A stretch of DNA of 64,000 bases from positions 25,063 to 89,062 of the forward strand of contig JBEKSY010000011.1 in assembly GCA_049516595.1 (NCBI GenBank), in the 5' to 3' direction. Shown piece after piece: positions 21,621-33,259 of the stretch. The notes below the pieces were generated by a model. The model saw only the letters and a list, made by a program, of their open reading frames with translations. It did no database searches and was not told where the DNA came from. Position numbers and translations under genes: made by a program. Position 1 is the first letter of the stretch. The number at the start of each line of letters is the position of its first letter. The DNA is from Anaerolineales bacterium. Lineage in GTDB: Bacteria; Chloroflexota; Anaerolineae; Anaerolineales; RBG-16-64-43.

Positions 21621-22371
21621 GTGAAGGTTCTCCATGGGTCCCTCGAATCGATTCCAGACCTGAGGGACTCGGGGATCCACGTTTGGAAAGCTGGGCTGGA
21701 CCGCCAGTATGCTGCCGAGTGGGGAGAGGAAATCCTCTCGCCCGAGGAGATCGAGCGGGCGGGCCGCTTCCGGTTCGGGGCGGATCGACTGCGCTTTCTC
21801 ACCGGCCGGATCGTCCTGCGCCTGTTGTCGGCGGCCTACACAGGAGTTTGCCCGCGAGAGCTGATCCTTGAACCGGACGAGACGGGTAAGTTGCGCCTGG
21901 GCAATCGAGAGAACGCCGGGATCGTTCAGTTTAACCATTCCCATTCCGGGGAAGTGATCCTGCTGGCCTTCTCCAGGGGGCGGCGGGTGGGGGTTGATGT
22001 GGAGTGCCTGGGGCGGGGCGTCCCCTACGAGGAAGTACTCGGCCCCCTGCTCTCACCCGGCGAGCGCCAATAGATTCAGTCCTCTCCACCCGAGTTCGTC
22101 CCGGTAGCCCTGCTGAGGATTTGGATTCGGAAAGAGGCCTACCTCAAGGCCCAAGGAACGGGGCTCAGGGCCGTGCTGGAATCCGTACCCGGGCTGCCGA
22201 TCGGAGAGGGCCGTGCTCGCAGGCCCAGGGGGTGGAAGGACCTGGAAGATCTTCGACCTCGCTCTCGGTCCTGATTGCCTGGGGGCGCTGGCAGCCGAGG
22301 GGAGGAATTGGCGGGCCCGGTGTTGGGAATGGTCGCTGGACTTGGCCGCGAGAATCGGCGGTCTTGAGTAA
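21621..22371 (+). pseudogene. Sfp-type 4'-phosphopantetheinyl transferase, disrupted (in-frame TAG plus +1 frame change)
   Basis: Frame 0 reads …FNHSHSGEVILLAFSRGRRVGVDVE…LSPGERQ, then TAG at 22071..22073, then IQSSPPEFVPVALLRIWIRKEAYLKAQGTGL (the W/KEA motif). The C-terminus WKIFDLALGPDCLGALAAEG continues in another frame after about 22200-22212, ending at the TAA at 22369..22371. The start (GTG 21621) is uncertain. Confidence 0.7.
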
Positions 22372-22663
22372 GGTTCAGCCTCGCAGGTTCCCAGGGCGCA
22401 CGCGTCCCGAAGATGCAGCGTTGGCCATGGGGCGGTAGGTCCTGGCCTCCCCGCCCCAGCTTGGGGGACGGAACCCCCGTGAATGATCGATGGGTCCAGG
22501 GCCCATGGGGAGCGTGGAACGTGACGCCGTTGGTCTTTTTTGACAAGCCCAGCGCGCCATGTTACGATCACTCAAGCGCTCTCGCACGGAGAGCGCTATT
22601 TGTGCCGGCGGGGCAAAGGCGCAGTTACGACCCCCGGGGGGCACCCCCGACCAACGGAAGGGT

Positions 22664-23718
22664 ATGCGCACACTCGAGTGGGATTCCGCGCGCGGCCTGT
22701 TGCGCCTGATTGACCAGAGAAGACTGCCGGGCGAGCTGCGCTGGCTGGAATTGCGCTCGAGCGGCGAGGTGGCCGAGGCGATTCGCGACATGGCAGTGCG
22801 CGGGGCGCCCGCCATCGGAGTTGCGGCGGCATTCGGGCTCGTCCTCGCCTGCCGCGGAAGCCCCTCCCCAAGCAGCGCTGAGCGGGAACAGGAGCTGCGT
22901 CAAGCCGCAGAGGAACTGTGTCGGGCGCGCCCGACCGCCGTGAACCTGCGCTGGGCTGTCGAGCGCATGCTGCGCGCGGCAGGGTCGGCCGCCGGAGAAC
23001 CCGAGCTGGAATTGGGAGAGAGGCTTCTCCTTGAGGCTCAGCGCATGGCGGAGGAGGACATCGCGACCAACCGGCGCATGGCCGGTTTTGGCGCGGACCT
23101 CCTTCGGGACGGGGACACGGTCCTGCACCACTGCAACACCGGAGCTTTGGCCACCGTCGACTATGGGACCGCGCTGGGCGTAATCCGGGCGGCCCATGAC
23201 CAGGGCAAACGCATCCACGTGCTCGTTGACGAGACCCGGCCTCGCTTGCAAGGGGCGCGCCTGACCGCCTGGGAGCTGCAGCAGCTGGGGATCCCTTTCG
23301 AGGTGATCGTGGATGGTGCCGCCGGGCACTTCCTGCATCGAGGCGAGGTGCAGGCCGTGCTGGTCGGAGCGGATCGAGTGGCCGCCAACGGGGATCTGGC
23401 CAATAAGGTCGGCACCTACATGCTGGCCCTCGCAGCGCATGAAAACCACGTCCCGTTCTACGCGGTTGTGCCCACCTCGAGCATCGACCTCACCTTGCCG
23501 GATGGAAGGCATATCCCCATTGAGGAGCGGGAGGAAGCGGAGGTGCTGGATCTCGAGCTGGGCGGGGAGCGCGTAACCCCGCCTGGGATCCGGGCGCGCA
23601 ATCCCGCCTTCGATATCACCCCGCAGGAGTACCTCACGGCCTGGATCACAGAGTGCGGCCTGATCCTGCCTCCCTTTGAAAGGAATGCGCAGGCCCTTCT
23701 CGGGGGCGGAGCCACAGC

Positions 23719-23722
<4 letters not shown>
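22664..23722 (+). CDS. mtnA: S-methyl-5-thioribose-1-phosphate isomerase
   Basis: MRTLEWDSARGLLRLIDQRRLPGE…AIRDMAVRGAPAIGVAAAFG…VGADRVAANGDLANKVGTY. ATG at 22664 follows GGAAGG. Confidence 0.9.
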
Positions 23723-25999
<2,277 letters not shown>

Positions 26000-26072
26000 C
26001 CTCTTCCTGGCTCGAACGATGGGCGGCGGGCGCGAAGCGCTCGCCTTCGTGTTTTCAAGGCCGGGTGAGAAG

Positions 26073-27335
26073 ATGAGAGCAGGCAGGGGAGGCTCCTTGC
26101 TGGAGCCCCTGGGCGTGCGGAACTTCCGCCTCCTGTGGCTGGGGGAAAGCGTCTCGCTCCTGGGCGACCAGTTCTTTTTTGTCGCCCTGTCCTGGCTGAC
26201 GCTCGAGCTGACGGGCTCGGGCCTGGCCCTGGGCACGGTTCTCATGGCGGGGGCCATCCCGCGGGCGATCTTCATGCTCCTGGGAGGCGCCCTCAGCGAC
26301 CGGATCTCGCCCCGCACCCTGATGCTTGCCTCCAATGCCTTCCGCGCGATCCTCACCGCATTGCTCACCCTGCTGGTGCTGCTCCGCGCAACTCAGCTCT
26401 GGCAGCTGTACCTCCTTTCGGTCGCCTTCGGCCTGGTGGATGCCTTCTTCTACCCCTCCTTTCAGGCCATCACCCCTCGGCTCGTCGAGGCCGGGAAGCT
26501 GGAGGGGAGCAATGCCCTGCTGCAGGCCACGGCCCAGCTCACGGGGTTGGTGGGCCCGGCCCCGGCGGGCCTGGCCATATCCGCGCTCGGCCTCCCCGTC
26601 GCGTTTGGATTCGACGCGTTCACCTTCGTCTTTGCGGCGGCCATGCTGGGGCTGATGCGAGGGGTTCCCTCACCTTCCTTGGTCCTGGGGGGAGCGGCCC
26701 CTGGATCGAGAGCCGGGGGGAGGAGAAAACCCGCTTCACTCTTCGCCGACATCGGGCAAGGGATGCGCTTTGCCCTGGGACATCCCATGATCCGCGCGCT
26801 GCTGGTCATTGTTGCCACGGTGGATTTTTCCTTCGTCGGGCCCTTCAACGTTGGGGCGGCGTGGCTCGCGGATCACCGCTTCGCTGGAGGGGCGACCGCC
26901 CTGGGTATTATGTTATCCGCCTGGGGGGGAGGAGCGTTGGCCGGGGCGCTCGTTGCCGGTTCGATCGGCCACCTCCGTCGGCGAGGCTGGCTGGCGATCG
27001 GAGTAACCTCGCTCATGGGGGTGATGCTCGCCTTGGTCGGGGTCGTCCCGAATGTCCTCTTCGCCTCGCTGGTCGTCGCCTGGATGGGGCTGGGCAGCGG
27101 CTTCATCAACGTGATCATCGTTTCCTGGCTGCAGAGATCGGTAGAAACGGGCCTGCTGGGCAGGTTGATGAGCCTGGTAATGTTTGCCTCCCAGGGATTG
27201 GCCCCGGTATCGTATGTGATTGCGGGATTCCTGGTGGATGCGCATGCCACCGTGATGTTCCTTGCGGCGGGGTGCCTGGTTTTGTTGGGCAGCGGATACG
27301 CGGCGGCGAACCGCGCCGTGCGGGAGTTTGATTGA
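26073..27335 (+). CDS. MFS transporter (12-TM type)
   Basis: …FRLLWLGESVSLLGDQFFFVALSWL… with repeated hydrophobic spans throughout. Start is ambiguous (ATG 26019 or 26073). Confidence 0.8.
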   Translation: MRAGRGGSLLEPLGVRNFRLLWLGESVSLLGDQFFFVALSWLTLELTGSGLALGTVLMAGAIPRAIFMLLGGALSDRISPRTLMLASNAFRAILTALLTLLVLLRATQLWQLYLLSVAFGLVDAFFYPSFQAITPRLVEAGKLEGSNALLQATAQLTGLVGPAPAGLAISALGLPVAFGFDAFTFVFAAAMLGLMRGVPSPSLVLGGAAPGSRAGGRRKPASLFADIGQGMRFALGHPMIRALLVIVATVDFSFVGPFNVGAAWLADHRFAGGATALGIMLSAWGGGALAGALVAGSIGHLRRRGWLAIGVTSLMGVMLALVGVVPNVLFASLVVAWMGLGSGFINVIIVSWLQRSVETGLLGRLMSLVMFASQGLAPVSYVIAGFLVDAHATVMFLAAGCLVLLGSGYAAANRAVREFD

Positions 27336-27522
27336 AACCAGAGGAAAGAACCCCCGGTACGGTCCAGAGGGTTCCATGCGCTCTCGAGAGGCGGCGGGGG
27401 CCCTGCGCCAGGATTCCCGGCGAGGAACAGGACGCGCCAGGGCCCAACCGGGATTTGCTCGGGGTGCCAAGGGGCACGGACGGGCCCCGTCGCCCGCTTC
27501 TTCCGGGACGGGATGCAAGCGC

Positions 27523-28935
27523 ATGACCTCGGGCCCCATTCCCCTGGACCCCCGGTACCGGGACCGCTATTGGGTGCTGCTGACGGCTGGCGTCGCGACC
27601 TTCATGTCCGCTCTGGACGGGAGTGTGGTCAACACGGTCCTGCCGGTGATCGCCAAGGAGTTCGGCAGCAACCTTTCCAGCATCGAGTGGGTCGTCACTG
27701 TGTACCTACTCGTACTGAGCGGACTGCTGCTCAGCTTCGGGCGGCTGGGGGACATACGCGGGCAGAAACGCGTCTTCCAGCTGGGCTTCCTCTTGTTTCT
27801 GGCCGGCTCGGCCTTATCCGGGCTGTCGGACTCGACGGCCATGCTGATCGTATTTCGCGCCTTCCAGGCCTTGGGAGGTGCCATGCTCTCGGCCAGTTCA
27901 CCGGCCATCCTGACCAAGAACTTCCCGGCCAAACAGCGTGGCCAAGCCCTGGGCCTGCAGGCGACGCTGACCTACCTCGGTCTCACCATTGGCCCGTCTT
28001 TTGGCGGCTGGCTGGCCGATCAGCTTTCTTGGCGCGCGGTTTTCTATATCAATGTTCCGGTGGCTATTGCGGCCTTCCTTTTGACCCTGCGCTTCGTCCC
28101 TCCCGATCCGCCCTCCGAGGGCGCGGAAGAATTCGATCTACCCGGGGCCCTGCTCTTTCTGGCCGGCTTGGTGGCGTTGTTGCTGGCACTCAACCAGGGG
28201 CCCACCTGGGGCTGGGGCTCCCTGCCGGTTGTGGCCCTGTTCGCGCTGGCGGCCGTGCTGCTGGGTGCCTTCCTGCGCTTGCAGCACAGCCTTGCTGGGC
28301 CCATGCTGGATCTTTCCCTATTTCGCAGCCGCCTCTTCTCGGCCTCAACCGGGGCGGCCGTGGCCAATTATGCCTGTGTGTACTGCGTGCTTTTCCTTCT
28401 CCCCTTCTATCTAATCGACGGCAAAGGGCTCACCCCGGGCGCAGCGGGTCTCCTGCTCACGGCGGAACCCCTGGTCATGGCCGTCATCGCTCCCCTGAGC
28501 GGCACCCTCTCGGACCGCGTTCCCATCTGGATCCCGAGCACCTTCGGCATGGGTGTGCTGGCGGGCGGCCTTTTCCTACTCTCCCGGCTGGGGGCTGCTT
28601 CCACGCAACTCGCGGTGGTCGTGGCCCTCGCGGTTTCCGGATTTGGGATCGGGGCCTTTATTTCCCCCAACAGCAGTGCCCTGATGGGTTCCGCTCCCGC
28701 CAACCGCCAGGGGATTGCGGCAGGCATCCTGGCCACCGCACGGAATGTTGGCATGGTCCTGGGAGTGGGCTTTGGGGGCGCGGTCTATACGACCGTGCTC
28801 GTGCGCGCCGGAGGCGGAACCGGTGCGCTCTTCACGGCGATTCACACCAGCTTCCTCGCGGCGGTCGGCGTGGCCTTGGTAGGGGTGATCCTGTCGTTGG
28901 TGCGAGCCGTCCGGGATGATTCCCGCGCAGGGTAG
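27523..28935 (+). CDS. MFS transporter, DHA2 (EmrB/QacA-like, 14-TM) family
   Basis: Internal ATG 27523 gives MTSGPIPLDPRYRDRYWVLLTAGVATFMSALDGSVVNTVLPVI…, followed by LGDIRGQKRVF and FQALGGAML motifs. Confidence 0.85.
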   Translation: MTSGPIPLDPRYRDRYWVLLTAGVATFMSALDGSVVNTVLPVIAKEFGSNLSSIEWVVTVYLLVLSGLLLSFGRLGDIRGQKRVFQLGFLLFLAGSALSGLSDSTAMLIVFRAFQALGGAMLSASSPAILTKNFPAKQRGQALGLQATLTYLGLTIGPSFGGWLADQLSWRAVFYINVPVAIAAFLLTLRFVPPDPPSEGAEEFDLPGALLFLAGLVALLLALNQGPTWGWGSLPVVALFALAAVLLGAFLRLQHSLAGPMLDLSLFRSRLFSASTGAAVANYACVYCVLFLLPFYLIDGKGLTPGAAGLLLTAEPLVMAVIAPLSGTLSDRVPIWIPSTFGMGVLAGGLFLLSRLGAASTQLAVVVALAVSGFGIGAFISPNSSALMGSAPANRQGIAAGILATARNVGMVLGVGFGGAVYTTVLVRAGGGTGALFTAIHTSFLAAVGVALVGVILSLVRAVRDDSRAG

Positions 28936-29023
28936 AGCGGGAGCTACTCAAACCCAGCCGGGGGCCAGGCAGATCGGCTCCCGGTGGTCGGCGCTGGATG
29001 GGCGGGACTCACCCGTGCGATTG

Positions 29024-29041
29024 GGTAGTGGGTCAGTTTGA
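29024..29041. repeat. Left terminal inverted repeat core of the IS1-like element
   Basis: Exact reverse complement of 32273..32290. Confidence 0.85.
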
Positions 29042-29878
29042 CTTTTCTAGATTTACGATCTCCTCCAATGTCCACGGCCTAGCGGCCAAGCCCGCGGCCA
29101 TCGCCGGGGTGGTGATGCGGCCCTTGATCGCTTTGGTCAAGCTCTGGTGCGGGCGGGCGAAGTTGGAGTGCATGAAGTGGGGCGCAACGGCGGGAGTCAG
29201 GTTCTCGACCTTCTTCGAGAACCCGTTGGTGAGCCGAGTGAGGCGCCGCATGCTCATTCGCATCGTGAGGTTTTGGCGTTCCACGAAGCGGGTTGAGATA
29301 TGGGCTGGGTCGGGGTTGCCCTGGACAACTTCGGTCCTGGTCCCAATGCACTTTGCTGGACTGTAGTGCCTCTGGCCTTCGTCTGATGCTCCGTATAGCT
29401 TCTGAAGCATGGCGTAGTCAATCTCCGACCCAAATGCCTCTTTCACTGCATCAAGATAGGCAAAGTGGCTGTCTGTGGTCAGTTGCACCCGGTTTGAAAG
29501 CCGCCCCGCAAGATCGTCAATGAACGCCCAAGCCGTGTCCCTGTCCCGGTCGCCGATCATGAAGGAAAGGGGCAACTTCGTCTCCGCGTCAAGGGCTGTC
29601 CAGGTCCAAACGTCGCCATATCCGAACACGCCCTGCTTCTCAGGGGGAAGATTCTTCTGCTTGGCATAGCAGAATGACCAAATCTCGTCGCACGGAACGC
29701 GCTTGCAGGCGGGGTCTCTGATCGCCCGGCCTTGGTACTCCGCGCAACCTTCCCCCACGCGAACCAGCAGGCCGACAACGGTATTCTTCGACGCCCCGGT
29801 TATCCGCCTGGTTGCCCGGATGCTGTTTCCCTCGACCAGACACCCAATGACATTAGCGCGCTCGCTCAGCCTATTCAT
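29033..29878 (-). CDS. IS1-family transposase (single-ORF, HTH + DDE)
   Basis: DEIWSFCYAKQKN…DVWTWTALD…LTTDSHFAYL…TRFVERQNLTMRMSMRRLTRLTNGFSKKVENL parallels IS1 InsB (DE.W…TD…Y…IER.NL.LR…RL.R…FSKS.E.H). Confidence 0.85.
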   Translation of the reverse strand: MNRLSERANVIGCLVEGNSIRATRRITGASKNTVVGLLVRVGEGCAEYQGRAIRDPACKRVPCDEIWSFCYAKQKNLPPEKQGVFGYGDVWTWTALDAETKLPLSFMIGDRDRDTAWAFIDDLAGRLSNRVQLTTDSHFAYLDAVKEAFGSEIDYAMLQKLYGASDEGQRHYSPAKCIGTRTEVVQGNPDPAHISTRFVERQNLTMRMSMRRLTRLTNGFSKKVENLTPAVAPHFMHSNFARPHQSLTKAIKGRITTPAMAAGLAARPWTLEEIVNLEKSN

Positions 29879-29982
29879 GAAACTATTATACTTGACCGCT
29901 CAAGCAATATCAATAGTGACTTTTACACTTCCTGTAAAACTGGTATTGGGTATACCTCAATGCCGTGGTATGCTATGGCCGC

Positions 29983-30279
29983 ATGGAATTCGAATTCGGG
30001 GAGGGCGACTCGGAAGAGGCTTACTACGACCCCAAGGCCTCACTCAGGCATGGCCCTGCGGTTGACAAGGGATTCAGAAAGGTAATGGGAAAGATAGATG
30101 CGGCCAATGACGAGCAAGATCTTCGAGCGCTGAAAGGTTTGCACTATCACAAATTGGAGGGAAATCGAAGTCACCAGCACGCCCTAAACGTCACTGACCA
30201 ATGGAGACTTGTCGTAGAGCGCATTGAGGAAAAGGGACGGACGAGGCTGCTAATTGTCTCGCTTGAGGACTACCACTAA
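29983..30279 (+). CDS. higB: HigB-like toxin (RelE/ParE superfamily, plasmid maintenance system killer type)
   Basis: …DLRALKGLHYHKLEGNRSHQHALNVTDQWRLVVERIE…LEDYH fits the HigB-like pattern (L.G.R.G..S.R.ND.WR…DYH). Its stop TAA overlaps the next ATG (TAATG). Confidence 0.75.
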   Translation: MEFEFGEGDSEEAYYDPKASLRHGPAVDKGFRKVMGKIDAANDEQDLRALKGLHYHKLEGNRSHQHALNVTDQWRLVVERIEEKGRTRLLIVSLEDYH

Positions 30280-31430
30280 TGGCTAAGGAGGAACCCATGG
30301 GAGATCGAAGGCCGGCAGAGGTCTTTCATCCGGGCGAACACCTGCTCGATGAATTGGAGGCGCGCGGCTGGACGCAGACCGAGTTCGCCGAGATCATCGG
30401 TCGCCCTCTTCGGCTTGTGAATGAAATCATCAATGGGAAGAGGGGGATTACCCCCGAAACCGCCAGGGAATTCGCTGCTGCACTGGGGACTAGCGCAGAG
30501 TTCTGGATGAACCTGGATTCAGCCTACCATCTGTGGAAGGCGAGAGAGGATGTTTCTCCAATCGAGCATCGGGCCAGAATGCGAAGCCAGTATCCCGTTC
30601 GCGATATGGCCCTTCGAGGGTGGATTCGTCCCTCCGAGGATGCTCAGGTAATGGAAAGTCAATTGCTCAGGTTCTTTGAAGTGGGTTCTCTGGCGGACCA
30701 ACCAAAGTACGCGCACACGGCTGCCCCGAGGCGCTCCGACGCCGAGGGTGCAGGAATGAGCCCAATTCAGATGGCTTGGTTGTACAGGGTAAAGCATATT
30801 GCCGACACCATGCAGGTCCCGCGGTATTCCGCTAAGGGATTGAGGGCCGCCCTGGAGCCATTGAAAGCCTATAGGGAGGCCCCGGAGGAAATCCGACACA
30901 TTCCGAGGTTGCTAGCACAGAATGGGGTGTGCCTTGTCATTGTAGAGCCATTGCCTTCCTCCAAGATTGACGGTGTTTGCTTGTGGCTCGACAATTCTCC
31001 GGTAATAGGCTTGTCCCTTAGGTTTGATCGGATCGACAACTTCTGGTTTGTGCTGCGACATGAAATCGAACACATTCTCAACCGAGACGGGAGGGACTCG
31101 GCAATAGTAGATTCTGAGGTCTTCGAAGAGTCGGGAGCGAAGGATTTGCCACCCCAGGAGAATGCGGCAAATGCGGCAGCGGCGGAATTCTGCGTTCCCC
31201 AACAGGAGCTCAGTGACTTCATGCTGGGTGGGGGACCGCTCTTCTCGCGCAAGCGAGTAGTAGCCTTCGCGAGGAGTCTGGGACTTCATCCAGGGCTAGT
31301 TGTGGGGCAGCTTCAGCGCCGGACTGAGCGCTATGATTTGTTTCGTCAGATGCTTGTGCCCATTCGAAGCACGATCACACCTGTAGCGATGACGGACGGG
31401 TACGGTCACGCCTGCCCAGTCCTGGTCTGA
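30279..31430 (+). CDS. HigA-type HTH antitoxin fused to an ImmA/IrrE-family (COG2856) metallopeptidase domain
   Basis: N-terminus HPGEHLLDELEARGWTQTEFAEIIGRPLRLVNEIINGKRGITPETAREFAAALGTSAEFWMNL is the HigA/VapI HTH. HExxH motif LRHEIEHIL is encoded at 31059..31073. Confidence 0.8.
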   Translation: MAKEEPMGDRRPAEVFHPGEHLLDELEARGWTQTEFAEIIGRPLRLVNEIINGKRGITPETAREFAAALGTSAEFWMNLDSAYHLWKAREDVSPIEHRARMRSQYPVRDMALRGWIRPSEDAQVMESQLLRFFEVGSLADQPKYAHTAAPRRSDAEGAGMSPIQMAWLYRVKHIADTMQVPRYSAKGLRAALEPLKAYREAPEEIRHIPRLLAQNGVCLVIVEPLPSSKIDGVCLWLDNSPVIGLSLRFDRIDNFWFVLRHEIEHILNRDGRDSAIVDSEVFEESGAKDLPPQENAANAAAAEFCVPQQELSDFMLGGGPLFSRKRVVAFARSLGLHPGLVVGQLQRRTERYDLFRQMLVPIRSTITPVAMTDGYGHACPVLV

Positions 31431-31451
31431 GGCTGGGAAGGAGTACATCCG

Positions 31452-31963
31452 ATGGCCGACTATGCGAAGCAATTGCAGCGGATTGTGAGAGAATACCGCC
31501 AGGACGGTCAGGAATGGCCCGCCAGCACAAAGGAGATTGCCCGGTGGGTTATCAGAACCCACAGGTATGATCTCCGAGCCCCGGCGATTGAGAAGATACT
31601 CGCCCGAGACATGCGCAAGCCATGCGTGAAGAGTACCTCACCGACTCGAGGGGCAGGCGCGTTTGTGCGAAGCATCCGGCAGAGGTAAGGCGTGGCTGTG
31701 AGCAGACAATGCTATGGAACGATATTCGCACGGCGCCACGCAGTCATATGGCAATGGCCTTTCAGTTGCGCCGAAATCACATCGTAGAAGAATGCCGTCA
31801 GACAAAGGCTGACGTGGACAGCTACAACGATTTGCACCCCAGCGAGCAGCCAATCCAAATGGTGTTGGATTTCACCAGAGATGTCGAGGAACTGGAGGTA
31901 CTTGAGAGGTTGAATGAGATTGAGGAGGAGGGGGCGTTCGAGGAAATCGATGCGGTCGCCTAG
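31452..31963 (+). pseudogene. Hypothetical gene split into two overlapping frames (31452..31688 and 31622..31963)
   Basis: Frame 1 ends …ILARDMRKPCVKS…, while frame 2 begins MREEYLTDSRGRRV… at 31622. A single-nucleotide indel near 31620 would give one ORF of about 170 aa. No family was recognised. Confidence 0.4.
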
Positions 31964-32229
31964 TCACTTTTCTTCCAGCGTGCTCTCGCAGCAATCCTTG
32001 CGATTTCCTGGCGGCGCTTGGCCGACAGCTTCGCAGCCCTAGCCTTTCCGCCCTTCTTCCCTCCCAGACGACCTAGCGCCTGCGCGTGGGGGTTTTTCCT
32101 CTCCTCGGTGGGCTCGGCCTCGTCCGCGATTGGCCTTTCTGGCTCAGGCGGAGCCTCCTCCGCCACGATCTCCGCGGCCAAGACGTTCGGATCATCCCTT
32201 GGGCGCTTCTTGCTTGAACGCTTTGGCAT
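31960..32229 (-). CDS. Small basic protein, hypothetical
   Basis: 89-aa ORF with an acidic middle and a Lys/Arg-rich C-terminus: GRLGGKKGGKARAAKLSAKRRQEIARIAARARWKK. It lies inside the IS1-like element. Confidence 0.45.
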   Translation of the reverse strand: MPKRSSKKRPRDDPNVLAAEIVAEEAPPEPERPIADEAEPTEERKNPHAQALGRLGGKKGGKARAAKLSAKRRQEIARIAARARWKKSD

Positions 32230-32272
32230 GCGCCTACTCTAGCCCGAACGCCGCGTCAAGGCAAGCGCCGAT

Positions 32273-32290
32273 TCAAACTGACCCACTACC
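32273..32290. repeat. Right terminal inverted repeat core of the IS1-like element
   Basis: Exact reverse complement of 29024..29041. Confidence 0.85.
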
Positions 32291-32437
32291 TCCAATTGCC
32301 ATTCCGCACGCCGCCTCGACGCGTTGGGGACGGTGCGGCCGGGTGATCCCACCCATGCCGAGAGGGGGCCGGCGGGGAGGCCAGCGGCGGGCTCTCCCAC
32401 CGGGCGGTCGGCTGTGTGCCCCGGATCAGGAGATTTG

Positions 32438-33247
32438 ATGGAGATCCTGTGTTTCGTTGCCCATCCCGACGATGAAACCGTGTTCTTTGGCGGAACCATG
32501 GCGCTCCTCGCGCAGGGCGGGGTGGCGGTGCACGTGGTCAGCGCAACCCGAGGCGAGGGGGGAGAAGCCGGCGAGCCGCCCGTCTGCGCTCGCAGCGAGC
32601 TGGGCTCCGTGCGGGAGAGGGAGATGCGCTGTGCCGTCGAAGCTCTGGGCGCCCGCTCCCTGTCGTTCCTCGGATACCGCGACCCCGAGATGAAAAGCAG
32701 CGAGGAGTTCTTCCCATTCACCGACCATCCGGAGGAGGCGGCGGAAAGGCTGGCCGCCCTCTTGCGCGTCCACAGGGTTTCGGCGGTTGTCACCCACGGC
32801 TCGACCGGGGAGTATGGGCACCCGGCCCACCAGCTGGCCCACCAAGTGGCGCGCCTTGCGGTGGAGCGGGTGGCGAGTGGACCCGCGCTCTACGGGTTCA
32901 GCGCCTTCTTCCCCGCGCACCCTCGCCCGCGCCTGAGCAACGCCCAGGACCCGGCGGACTTCGTCCTGGATTTGGGTCCCGTCTGGGAGCATAAACTGGC
33001 CGCGGCGCGATGCTATGTCACCCAGGCGCCGGTCTTCGTCCGCCGCATTTCCCGCGAGCGCGGATACCCGGTGCCTCTGGAACAGGCTTTGATGCCCCGG
33101 GAGTCCCTCCATCGCTTCCTTCCCGGTCCCCTGGCGCGAGAGCAGGTGGGCGGAGAGCCGGGAGGGGATCCGCTGGCCGACTGGATCGAGGAGAACCTGC
33201 GCGACTCCCTGGTCATTCCCCAGGGCGGGACGACGGCGGCAGGCTGA
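32438..33247 (+). CDS. PIG-L/LmbE-family N-acetylglucosaminyl deacetylase
   Basis: MEILCFVAHPDDETVFFGGTMA… (AHPDDE motif) and …HGSTGEYGHPAH. ATG 32438 follows CAGGAG. Confidence 0.85.
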   Translation: MEILCFVAHPDDETVFFGGTMALLAQGGVAVHVVSATRGEGGEAGEPPVCARSELGSVREREMRCAVEALGARSLSFLGYRDPEMKSSEEFFPFTDHPEEAAERLAALLRVHRVSAVVTHGSTGEYGHPAHQLAHQVARLAVERVASGPALYGFSAFFPAHPRPRLSNAQDPADFVLDLGPVWEHKLAAARCYVTQAPVFVRRISRERGYPVPLEQALMPRESLHRFLPGPLAREQVGGEPGGDPLADWIEENLRDSLVIPQGGTTAAG

Positions 33248-33259
33248 AGGGCTGTTCTT

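Larger units (their letters stand above)
29015..32310 (-). mobile_element. IS1-family element with passenger genes, bounded by imperfect terminal inverted repeats
   Basis: Perfect 18-nt IR cores: GGTAGTGGGTCAGTTTGA (29024..29041) and TCAAACTGACCCACTACC (32273..32290). Flanking partial matches: CGTGCG/ATTGG on the left versus CCAAT/CGCACG on the right. The transposase stop lies inside the left IR. The interior is visibly less GC-rich than the flanks. No target-site duplication was found. Confidence 0.65.

Noticed and set aside
29000-32320. Target-site duplication flanking the IS1-like element.
   Set aside because: I compared 8-10 nt outside several plausible IR boundaries and found no direct repeat. 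The ends therefore remain imprecise.
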